A stretch of 49,362 nt of DNA, taken from Gammaproteobacteria bacterium (GTDB lineage: Bacteria; Pseudomonadota; Gammaproteobacteria; UBA9214). The notes below the pieces were generated by a model, which searched no databases, had not been told where the DNA came from, and saw only the letters and a program-made list of their open reading frames with translations. The stretch lies in assembly GCA_041552135.1 (NCBI GenBank), contig JBFELL010000001.1, positions 1-49,362 on the forward strand, written 5' to 3'. This document shows positions 25,789-34,175 of the stretch, in pieces (position 1 is the stretch's first letter; each line of letters opens with the position of its first letter). The position numbers and the translations under genes are program-made.

Positions 25789-27984
25789 TCAGTCCGCTTG
25801 CCTGGCGCGCAGGGTCCGCACCAGAAAACTCGCCACCTCCCGTCCGGTGGTCCCCCGCCCGAATCCCGCATCCATGCCGTGCGCGCGGGCCAGGGCATCC
25901 GTCACCTGGCTGCCGCCGGCAATCAGCACCAGGCGCGGCAGCAGGCCGCGCTGCTGTGCGGCATCATGCAGGTGCTGCATGTGCCGGTGGTGCATGTCCG
26001 CATGGGTGACGATGGTCGAGATCAGCACGGCCCGGGCCGCGGTCCGCTCTGCCACATCGAGGAGCCGCCCGATCGATACCGAGGTGCCGAGGGCATGGCA
26101 GTGGAAGCCGTACTTCTCGATGCCGCCATGCTTGATATCGAGGATTTCGTGCAGGCCGACCGAGTGCTCGTCCTCGCCGACGGTCGCGGCGACGATGTGG
26201 ATGTCGCGCGGCCGCACCCAGGCCTCGATGTCGGCCTCGGGCAGTGCCTCGACCCGCTCCGCCAGCTGCAGCGCGTCGACGCGGATCGCCACGTCGAGCG
26301 TACCCTTGATCTCGAAGACACAGCCCTCGGCCGGATGCATGACCCGCCGGCTGATGACCTCGGGATTGCCGAGCCCCATGTGTCTGGCCATCTCCAGCGC
26401 CGCCGCCTGGGCCACGCCCGGCTGCCCGGGCACAAACAGGGTGACACACACGATGTTGTCGCCATGTTTCTCGACTTCGGGTCTGAGCAGGCCGGCCGCG
26501 CGCTCTGCCAGTGGCTGCTGCAGGCGCCGCTCGACGCTATCGGCGGGATCCGGCTCATCGATGTAGCGGATCTTCGACGGGTCACACAGCGTGCAGCCGC
26601 CGTAGTCGTCGCAGGCCTTTGCATGCACCGTGTCATAGTGGTTGCGGCCGAAATGACTGCACACCGGAGCACCGTAGCCGGGTTCGCGCGGGATCACACT
26701 GCCCGCGCCATCGCCGCCCTGCGGATCGCGTGCAATGCCGTCGCCGTTGCGTTGCGGGTAATAGCCGGAATCGACAAACTGTCCCGCCTCCACCGCCGCG
26801 TAATAGCCACCGCTTGCCAGGATCTCCTCCAGAAACAGCACGGCGCGCTCCTTGAGTTCGCGAACCGCCTCCCGCAGCGGCCCGGCATCGCGCAACGCCA
26901 CCAGCTCCTCCAGCCCGTCGAGTCCCATCAGTGTCTGGCGCGCGGTGTTGACCCCCGCGATGTTGTTGTAGTGCCAGGGGATGTTGCGCCCTTCGTCCGG
27001 CGTGATCGTGCTCTGGATGTCCGCCGAGGTGAGCCGCGAAATCAGGGTGTCGAGCACATGGGTGACGCTGGTCTCCAGGGTGTCGGTCTGCATGTAACGT
27101 GTGTTCTGCTGGGCCCGGAACCGGTAGCCCCGGAACAGCTCGCGCAGCGCCACCGCATAGGGCAGATCGAGCCGCAGCTTCGGCGCCGGTGGTGCGGTCG
27201 GCGGCACGGTGGACAGGGCGACGAGTTCAGCCGGCATGCCCGCGGCGCGGGAATAGCCGGTGTTGACGGCATGCTGCACGAACAGCTCCGGTGTCACCTT
27301 CCACGCCTCCCGGGCCGTGGCATTGGCGTTGTGCGCGCCGTCCAGCTGCAGGATGCCGGCGTCCGCCAGGACCCGTTTCGACTCGGCCGCATCGACGAAG
27401 GAGCGGTGCATGTTGATGTCACGGTAAAGCACATTGTATTGCGGATCCTGGTGCGCCCCGTTGACACCCTCTTCGGCAAACAGCACCGCGATTTCCGGAC
27501 CGGCGACACCACTGACATAGGAATGCAGGTTGATCGGCCGGCCCACTTCCTCCTCGATGGCATCGAGCGCCTTGCGCGTGGCGCGGATCTGCTTGCGCGT
27601 GACCGGGATACCGCCGACGCCCTCCGGGGTGCCCTCGATGAGCCCGTCGATATGCGACTGGCCCGTGGTACGGATCACCATGATGTGATCGGCGCCGTGC
27701 CAGGCCGCCATGCGCATGCGGCGCAGGTCGTCTTCAAAACGTCCGGAGGCAATCTCCGTGGTGATCACCATGTCACACTGGGGATCGATGTCCCCGAAGT
27801 CGGCGGCCGCCGGCAACGGCACGGAATGCCCGAGACTCTCGGAGGTATCCCGGTAGACGAAGGGGCCAATACCCTGTTCCGTCACCTGCCGGCGCCAGGT
27901 CCAGCCACGGCGCCTTGGCCGGTAGTGCTCGAGGTCCCTCAGCACCTCCTCGATATCCAGCGGCCTGTCGGGGGAGAGCTTCAC
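25789..27984 (-). CDS. oraE: D-ornithine 4,5-aminomutase, large (beta/E) subunit
   Basis: 731 aa with a C-terminal cobalamin-binding DxHxxG (VGEDEHSVG). It is preceded by the small S subunit with a 4-nt overlap. Confidence 0.9.
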   Translation of the reverse strand: MKLSPDRPLDIEEVLRDLEHYRPRRRGWTWRRQVTEQGIGPFVYRDTSESLGHSVPLPAAADFGDIDPQCDMVITTEIASGRFEDDLRRMRMAAWHGADHIMVIRTTGQSHIDGLIEGTPEGVGGIPVTRKQIRATRKALDAIEEEVGRPINLHSYVSGVAGPEIAVLFAEEGVNGAHQDPQYNVLYRDINMHRSFVDAAESKRVLADAGILQLDGAHNANATAREAWKVTPELFVQHAVNTGYSRAAGMPAELVALSTVPPTAPPAPKLRLDLPYAVALRELFRGYRFRAQQNTRYMQTDTLETSVTHVLDTLISRLTSADIQSTITPDEGRNIPWHYNNIAGVNTARQTLMGLDGLEELVALRDAGPLREAVRELKERAVLFLEEILASGGYYAAVEAGQFVDSGYYPQRNGDGIARDPQGGDGAGSVIPREPGYGAPVCSHFGRNHYDTVHAKACDDYGGCTLCDPSKIRYIDEPDPADSVERRLQQPLAERAAGLLRPEVEKHGDNIVCVTLFVPGQPGVAQAAALEMARHMGLGNPEVISRRVMHPAEGCVFEIKGTLDVAIRVDALQLAERVEALPEADIEAWVRPRDIHIVAATVGEDEHSVGLHEILDIKHGGIEKYGFHCHALGTSVSIGRLLDVAERTAARAVLISTIVTHADMHHRHMQHLHDAAQQRGLLPRLVLIAGGSQVTDALARAHGMDAGFGRGTTGREVASFLVRTLRARQAD

Positions 27985-28334
27985 AGCGGCAGCGCCTCCC
28001 AGTGCTGCCCCGCCAGCAGAGCCGTGCCGGCCTCACGAACGGAGAGGCCTTTTGCCCTGGCCAGTTCCAGCACCAGGCGGCCCGCGCCGTGACCGAGCAG
28101 GCCGCGTTCCAGCATCTGCGCAACGAGTTCCCCGCTCTCGATGCTCGAGAAGCCCATGCGCAGCAGCACCGAGCGTTCGATGGAGGGTGTCGTGTGTGTG
28201 CGCGCCTCCTCGATCAGGGGGGCGACGATGCGCTCCAGCAGTTCCCAGAAGCGGGCCTGCAATGCCTCGTCTGACAGATCCCGCAGCCGGGTCCGGCCTT
28301 GCTCGAAATCATCCGGTCGTTCCGCGCAGCTCAT
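27981..28334 (-). CDS. oraS: D-ornithine 4,5-aminomutase, small (alpha/S) subunit
   Basis: 117 aa containing RPDDFEQGR...LSDEALQARFWEL...TTPSIERSVLLRMGFSS, the OraS core as I remember it. Confidence 0.9.
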   Translation of the reverse strand: MSCAERPDDFEQGRTRLRDLSDEALQARFWELLERIVAPLIEEARTHTTPSIERSVLLRMGFSSIESGELVAQMLERGLLGHGAGRLVLELARAKGLSVREAGTALLAGQHWEALPL

Positions 28335-29730
28335 CGATGCTCTCCTCTACATAGGTCCGGCTGGTCCGGGTTTCGGCGGCAAGGTAATCGAGGTCGACCT
28401 CACCGAGGGTCGCACCTTGCGGCAGGGACGCGAGGGCATTGCGCAGATAGGATCGCCGCACGTGGTCCAGCTCCACGTCCCGCACGGCCAGCTGCGCCGG
28501 ATGCTCCGGAATCACGATCCGCTCGCCGGGCCGGTTGTCCCGGGGATCGCCGCGGCGCACCTCGACCCCCATGCGCCTGGCCAGGTTGAGCTGGGCCAGC
28601 GGGTGCTTGCCCGCGCCGGTGTATTCGGTCTCCTGGACCACGATGATGCGGTCCTCGTCCAGTTCCTGTGCCATGGCGAAGGCGGCGGCCAGCGACGTGT
28701 TGCCCGCCGGCCCCCGCTCCATGCCTTCCAGTTCCGCCAGCAGCTGGGTGGCGTAGAACACCTCGCCCTGGGTCACGGTCACGAAGCGCTCCATGTAACG
28801 CAGGGCACGCGCGGCATTGCGGGGCACGTCGGCACGGTCCGGCCAGGTGCTGAAGGGCATCGAGAAGCCGGTATGGCCGGTGGTGAAGGACTTGCGGTTG
28901 AAATCGTGATCCGAGGCCATGTGCAGACCGGCAAGATCCACGCTGGCGGCGACCATGACGGTGTCCGTGGCACCGGCCTGCGCGAGTCCGCGCGCCGTGC
29001 CCGTGACGTTGCCGCCGCCGGCATGCGTGGCGATGACCACGTCGGGAAAACGCCCGGCCAGTTGCCGGACCTGGCCGGCCAGCTCGAAGCCCAGCGTCTC
29101 GATGCCCAGGATGGCGTACGGGCTGTAGAGCGAGGCATTGAAGTAGCCGGTATCCCGGAGGACCCTGAGGGCGACATAAAACAGTTCAGGCCCTACCGAC
29201 AGGCGGATCACCTCGGCGCCGCAGGCCTCGCAGGCGCGGGTCTTCTCGGCGATCTCCGGCTGGGCGATGCCCGCGCTGTCGAAGGCCTCCTGTACCACGA
29301 TGCAGCGCAGGCCCGCCCTGGCGGCCTGCGAGGCCACGGCCGCGCCATAGTTGCCGCTGGTGGCTGCAACGACCCCTGTGTAACCTTGCCGCCTCGCCTC
29401 GTGCACGGACAGCGAGGCACGCCGGTCCTTGAATGAACCCGAGGGATTCGCGGCCTCGTCCTTGAGCAGAATCCGCGCCCCCCTGCCGGGCGACGCCACG
29501 GTGCGGGCCAGTGCCGTGATGTTGTGCAGCTCGACCAGCGGGGTCTCACCCACGCCCGTGCGTCGCTGCACGCGGGCCGCCGATGCCACATCGTGGCCCG
29601 TGTCCGTGAACAGCCGCTCGTAATCAAACGCCAGTGCGCCCGTGGTGTACTGCGCGTAGTCGATACCGCTGGCGCCCTGCATGATGGCGGCCCGCTGCTG
29701 CATAACCGCGGCGTAGTCCCCGGCGCTCAC
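28309..29730 (-). CDS. ortB: 2-amino-4-ketopentanoate thiolase, beta subunit (PLP, fold type II)
   Basis: 473 aa with PLP-lysine motif SGSFKDRRAS. Sits between ortA and oraS. Confidence 0.85.
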   Translation of the reverse strand: MSAGDYAAVMQQRAAIMQGASGIDYAQYTTGALAFDYERLFTDTGHDVASAARVQRRTGVGETPLVELHNITALARTVASPGRGARILLKDEAANPSGSFKDRRASLSVHEARRQGYTGVVAATSGNYGAAVASQAARAGLRCIVVQEAFDSAGIAQPEIAEKTRACEACGAEVIRLSVGPELFYVALRVLRDTGYFNASLYSPYAILGIETLGFELAGQVRQLAGRFPDVVIATHAGGGNVTGTARGLAQAGATDTVMVAASVDLAGLHMASDHDFNRKSFTTGHTGFSMPFSTWPDRADVPRNAARALRYMERFVTVTQGEVFYATQLLAELEGMERGPAGNTSLAAAFAMAQELDEDRIIVVQETEYTGAGKHPLAQLNLARRMGVEVRRGDPRDNRPGERIVIPEHPAQLAVRDVELDHVRRSYLRNALASLPQGATLGEVDLDYLAAETRTSRTYVEESIDELRGTTG

Positions 29731-30041
29731 TTGATCAGTCCGCGCTCACGCAGCATGGCACGTACCTCGCCGCCGATCGCTGAGAGTTCGGGCAGCGGTT
29801 CACCGAAGCCGTGGGTATAGGCGGGATTGACTGCCGTCAGCGTACCGCGCAGGCGACGGCCGGCCGGCGTCAGGACCCCGGCCTCATCACCCGGGGCCGC
29901 GGGCGCAAGCAGCGTGCCTTTGACCCGCATCTCCAGCGGCACCTGCCGGGTATCCCCGGGAACCTGCGGGGCACGTTCCTCCGGTTGCAGCACGCAATGC
30001 TGGATCTCGACCAGGGTACCCGGTGCAATCCGCTCAGCCAT
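29727..30041 (-). CDS. ortA: 2-amino-4-ketopentanoate thiolase, alpha subunit
   Basis: 104 aa from ATG 30041, containing VLQPEERAPQVPGDTRQVPLEMRVKG. It overlaps the ord stop by 8 nt and the ortB start by 4 nt. Confidence 0.75.
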   Translation of the reverse strand: MAERIAPGTLVEIQHCVLQPEERAPQVPGDTRQVPLEMRVKGTLLAPAAPGDEAGVLTPAGRRLRGTLTAVNPAYTHGFGEPLPELSAIGGEVRAMLRERGLIK

Positions 30042-31101
30042 GCCGGGCTGCCTGTCCGGCGCCGTGCAGCCGCTGGCGCACATCACCCAGCAGCGCAGCG
30101 GGGACCGGCAGTTCCGCCATGGTGTGCAGACCCGGCGTTGCATCCAGTACCCGCGGAATCATGTTCACGGCAAGGGCCACGGTGCCCTGCCCGCCCGGGA
30201 TCTCCGGACTGCCGGCGAGGCGAATCCCCGGCGTGCCGGTAATCTCGATGGCGTCCTGCGTGGCCACTCCCTCGAGCTGGGGCTGCAGCTGCTGCGGATG
30301 CATGAGGGTGATGACCGGCTGCTCTTCGCGGTAGGCCACGGCCCGGTGGTTGCAGCCGGCCACCTGCCCGGGCTCGACGACCGCAAACGCGGTTTCGCGC
30401 CTGACCCGTGCAATAATCGGTTCGCGGGTCTCTTCGATACGCGTGATCTGCCAGCCAACTGCGTCGGCGATCAGGTGGATCGACTCGGCAAAGCCGTAGT
30501 GACCTGCCACCCTGCCCCCGGCAAGCCCCCGGTCGAATGCGGCAGGGCTCAGCCCCACCCCCTGGGCGTCAAGTACCGAAGGGCCGTAGGGCGAGAGGTC
30601 GTTGACACGTCTTGCCGTAATGGACTGCACGTCGGCACAGACACCGGTCAGGGTGATGATCAGCAGGTCCAGCACGAAGCCCGGGTTGATGCCGGTACCG
30701 AGCACCGCCACGCCCCGGGCCATGGCCAGGCGGTGCAGTTCCGCGGCAAATGCCGGCGAACTGCAGGCGGGGTAGACCAGCTGCTCGGCAATCGAGATCA
30801 CGTGGACGCCGTGGCGCACCAGGATCTCCAGCTCTTGCCTGGCATCGACAATTGTCGAACACGTTGCCTGAATCGCGATCTCGGGCCGTGTCTGTTCGAT
30901 CATGGCTGCAAGGTCATTGCCGAGCGGCAGGCCGAGGTCGCGTTCGAGCCCGATCGCCTGCCCCAGGTCCATGCCGGCACGCCCTCGCCTGCGGCCACAG
31001 GCGCCGACCAGTTCCAGGCCCGGCTTGTCGAGCACCAGGCGCGCAATGCCCGATCCCATCTGTCCGGTTCCGAGCACCAGCACCCTGATAAGGTCACGCA
31101 T
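30034..31101 (-). CDS. ord: 2,4-diaminopentanoate dehydrogenase
   Basis: Rossmann N-terminus RVLVLGTGQMGSG and a dihydrodipicolinate-reductase-like layout. It is the first gene of the operon. The start is set at ATG 31101. Confidence 0.8.
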   Translation of the reverse strand: MRDLIRVLVLGTGQMGSGIARLVLDKPGLELVGACGRRRGRAGMDLGQAIGLERDLGLPLGNDLAAMIEQTRPEIAIQATCSTIVDARQELEILVRHGVHVISIAEQLVYPACSSPAFAAELHRLAMARGVAVLGTGINPGFVLDLLIITLTGVCADVQSITARRVNDLSPYGPSVLDAQGVGLSPAAFDRGLAGGRVAGHYGFAESIHLIADAVGWQITRIEETREPIIARVRRETAFAVVEPGQVAGCNHRAVAYREEQPVITLMHPQQLQPQLEGVATQDAIEITGTPGIRLAGSPEIPGGQGTVALAVNMIPRVLDATPGLHTMAELPVPAALLGDVRQRLHGAGQAARHG

Positions 31102-31179
31102 GCCATAATACTGGCATATGTGAATTCGCTTTGCATTTTGGCAGCGACCGCATCCCACCAGAACCGGGAATCAGGCAAC

Positions 31180-32280
31180 ATGAAGATTGGCGTACCCCAG
31201 GAGATCAAGGCAAATGAACACCGTGTGGCGCTGACACCGGCGGGGGCGACGGCGCTGGTCGAGGCCGGTCACAGCGTCCTGCTGCAGGCGGGCGCCGGAG
31301 CCGGGTCCGGTTTTCCGGACACGGATTACGCCCGGGCCGGCGCCGGCATCGTCGATGCAGCCGCGGCCTGGGACACGGACCTGGTGCTGAAGATCAAGGA
31401 ACCGCTGGCAGAGGAATACCCTCATCTCGGTGGGCAGCTGGTGTTTGGCTATTTCCACCTGTCCGGTGTCACACCGGCGCTGACCGAGGCCCTGCTTGCG
31501 CACGGCACCACCGCCATCGCCTATGAAACGGTCGAGGACAAGCGCGGGAGACTGCCGCTGCTGGCACCCATGAGCGCCGTGGCGGGCAACATGGCCGCGA
31601 CCATGGGTAACTATCACCTCGCCTGTTTCAATCACGGCAAGGGCATGCTGTTGTCACGCATCTTCGACCAGCGCTTCGGCAAGGTCGTGATCATCGGCGA
31701 CGGCGTGGTCGGCCGGCACTGCGCCCGCGCGGCAGACAGCATGGGGGCCCGGGTCTACATCGCCGGCCGGCATGCCGACCGGGTGCCGCAGCTGCGGGAC
31801 GAGATCTCCGCGGACATCCACTTTCTGCTCTCCACGCCGGAGCATATCGCGGCGGAACTGGCCGATGCCGACCTCGTCGTCGGCGCCGTGCTGCGCCGGG
31901 GCGCGCGTGCCCCGCATGTCGTCACCGAGGCCATGGTGCGGGGCATGCAAGCCGGCTCCGTCATTGTCGATGTAAGCATCGACCAGGGCGGCTGCGTGGA
32001 GACCTCACGCCCGACGACGCACGGCAAGCCCGTCTTTGAAAAGCACGGTGTCATCCACTACTGCGTCGCCAATATGCCCGGCGCCTATCCGCGGCTCTCC
32101 ACCCTTGCCCTGACCAGCGCGACCCTGCCCTATGTCCTCAGGCTGGCCGACCGCGGCCTGGAGGCCGTGCGCACCGACCCGGGCCTCGCCCGGGGCGTGA
32201 ACACACACGACGGCCACATCACCTGCCGGGCCGTTGCCGAGGCCCTGGATCGCATGGGCCGTTTCCGGGACTTTCCCTGA
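31180..32280 (+). CDS. ald: Alanine dehydrogenase
   Basis: MKIGVPQEIKANEHRVALTPAG N-terminus and NAD site VVIIGDGVVG. The real start is ATG 31180 within the 817-aa track ORF. Confidence 0.95.
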   Translation: MKIGVPQEIKANEHRVALTPAGATALVEAGHSVLLQAGAGAGSGFPDTDYARAGAGIVDAAAAWDTDLVLKIKEPLAEEYPHLGGQLVFGYFHLSGVTPALTEALLAHGTTAIAYETVEDKRGRLPLLAPMSAVAGNMAATMGNYHLACFNHGKGMLLSRIFDQRFGKVVIIGDGVVGRHCARAADSMGARVYIAGRHADRVPQLRDEISADIHFLLSTPEHIAAELADADLVVGAVLRRGARAPHVVTEAMVRGMQAGSVIVDVSIDQGGCVETSRPTTHGKPVFEKHGVIHYCVANMPGAYPRLSTLALTSATLPYVLRLADRGLEAVRTDPGLARGVNTHDGHITCRAVAEALDRMGRFRDFP

Positions 32281-32392
32281 CGCAGCGCGGCCATGGACGA
32301 GCCCCGCCAGTGGCATCAAGCCGCGCCGCGATGCGCGCCGGGGGGCGGTGCTCCTGCAGGAAAACTTGCGGTAATGATCGGGTAGACACGTC

Positions 32393-33418
32393 ATGCGCAA
32401 ACCCCTGCACATCGACGGCTCCCTGGGTGAAGGTGGCGGCCAGATCCTGCGCTCGTCACTGGCCATGTCGCTGTGCCTGGGCAAGGCGTTCCACATCACC
32501 AAGGTACGGGCCAGCCGCAAAAGACCCGGCCTGCAGCCACAGCACCTTGCCGCCGTCAGGGCAGCCGCGCAGATCAGTGCGGCTGAACTGGCGGGCGCCA
32601 CACCCGGATCTGGCGAACTGGCGTTTGCACCGCAGGCGGTAACAGCGGGCGATTACCGCTTTGCGACCGGCACGGCGGGAAGTGTCACACTGGTGCTGCA
32701 AACGGTACTGCCCGCCCTGCTGAGCGCCGACGCCCCGTCACGCCTGGAACTCTCGGGTGGCACCCACAACCCGCTCGCACCCTCGTTCGATTTCATACGG
32801 CATGCCTTTCTGCCACTGATTAACCGCATGGGTCCCCGCGTGACGGCACGCCTGCTGCGGCCCGGCTTCTACCCCGCCGGTGGCGGCGTCATGCAGGTGG
32901 CAATCGAGCCGGCGCGGCAGCTGAAGCCGTTGCGGATACCGGTTCGCGGGCCGGTCATGGCGCAAACGGCAAGTGCCCTGGTATCGCACCTGCCATTGCA
33001 TATCGCGGACAGGGAACTGCAGGTCATCGGTTCGGAACTCGGCCTGCCCGCGCAACACATGCAGGCCCGCGAGGTCACCTCGGCATCGGGGCCGGGCAAC
33101 GTGGTGACCCTGATCATCAGGAGCCGGCACATCACGGAGGTGTTCACCGGTTTCGGCAGGCGTGGTGTCAGGGCAGAAACCGTGGCGTCACGGCTCGTGG
33201 AACGCGTGCGCCGCTACCTGGCCGCAGGGGTGCCGGTAGGTGAGTACCTGGCAGACCAGCTGCTGCTGCCGCTGGCACTGTCCGGCGGCGGCAGTTATGT
33301 GACGTTGCGGCCCAGCCGGCACACCACCACGAATATCGCCGTGCTGCAGCAGTTCATGGCGACGCGGATCGACTGCACGGAACTCGGCCCGGATCGATGG
33401 GCTATAGCGCTGCACTGA
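32393..33418 (+). CDS. rtcA: RNA 3'-terminal phosphate cyclase
   Basis: 341 aa with the N-terminal motif IDGSLGEGGGQILRSSLAMS. Confidence 0.9.
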   Translation: MRKPLHIDGSLGEGGGQILRSSLAMSLCLGKAFHITKVRASRKRPGLQPQHLAAVRAAAQISAAELAGATPGSGELAFAPQAVTAGDYRFATGTAGSVTLVLQTVLPALLSADAPSRLELSGGTHNPLAPSFDFIRHAFLPLINRMGPRVTARLLRPGFYPAGGGVMQVAIEPARQLKPLRIPVRGPVMAQTASALVSHLPLHIADRELQVIGSELGLPAQHMQAREVTSASGPGNVVTLIIRSRHITEVFTGFGRRGVRAETVASRLVERVRRYLAAGVPVGEYLADQLLLPLALSGGGSYVTLRPSRHTTTNIAVLQQFMATRIDCTELGPDRWAIALH

Positions 33419-33550
33419 ACCGGCAAAGGCGTGCCACCGGCCCTGAGGCGCACACCGCTGAGATGACGGCGCGGCAGGCAGTTGCCCGGGGGCAGGCTGT
33501 GTTACTGTCATCGTCTGCGTGTATCCGGGGCATTTCGCGAAGGAGGACAG

Positions 33551-34147
33551 ATGCGCTGCGAACTGATTTCATGGCCTGAGGTACACCGCCTGTGCCGGCG
33601 CCTGGCAAGCTTGTTGAAGGTCTCCGGTTACCGGCCTGACATCGTCATCGCAATTGGCCGCGGCGGTCTGGTGCCGGCGCGCCTGGTGTGCGATTGCCTG
33701 GATATCATGGCATTGACCAGCATCAGGATAGAACATTATCTGTCCGGCAGTTCCAGACAGGCGCAGGCCGTTATCCGCTATCCGCTGTGTACGGATATCC
33801 GGGACCAGCGGGTCTTGCTCATGGATGATGTCAACGACAGTGGCGATACCCTGCAGGTCGCCATGGCGCACTTGCAGGCCTCGCATCCCCGTGAAATTCG
33901 CAGCGCCGTCATGCACGACAAGACCACGACCCGCATCAGTGTGGATTATTACGCCCGCAAGATCATCCGCTGGCGCTGGCTGATCTATCCCTGGGCGATA
34001 CATGAGGACCTGTCCGCCTTTCTCGATCGCCTCTCGCCGCCACCGCCCTCGCTGGAGAAGGCGCAACAGCAACTGGCCGATCAGTTCGGTATCCGGGTTT
34101 CGCAACGGTGTCTGCGGGAGGTGTACGCATTCATGCAAGCGCCATGA
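33551..34147 (+). CDS. Phosphoribosyltransferase (purine PRT-like)
   Basis: PRPP loop VLLMDDVNDSGDT and AGGAGG upstream of ATG 33551. Confidence 0.8.
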   Translation: MRCELISWPEVHRLCRRLASLLKVSGYRPDIVIAIGRGGLVPARLVCDCLDIMALTSIRIEHYLSGSSRQAQAVIRYPLCTDIRDQRVLLMDDVNDSGDTLQVAMAHLQASHPREIRSAVMHDKTTTRISVDYYARKIIRWRWLIYPWAIHEDLSAFLDRLSPPPPSLEKAQQQLADQFGIRVSQRCLREVYAFMQAP

Positions 34148-34175
34148 GGGACGGCTGATTCGCCCCTCCCGAACG

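Noticed and set aside
25663-28092. 809-aa plus-strand ORF
   Set aside because: It lies antisense to oraE/oraS. The minus-strand genes carry the DxHxxG cobalamin motif and the OraS core, and this ORF has no recognisable domains.
29827-31179. N-terminal 450 codons of the 817-aa ORF that ends as alanine dehydrogenase
   Set aside because: This part runs antisense through ortA and ord and has no motifs. Ald homology begins exactly at MKIGVPQEIK (ATG 31180).
31102-31179. Sigma-54 or CRP sites in the 78-bp ord/ald divergent spacer (TGGCAT..., TGTGAATTCGC)
   Set aside because: Neither has the matching second half-site at the required spacing.
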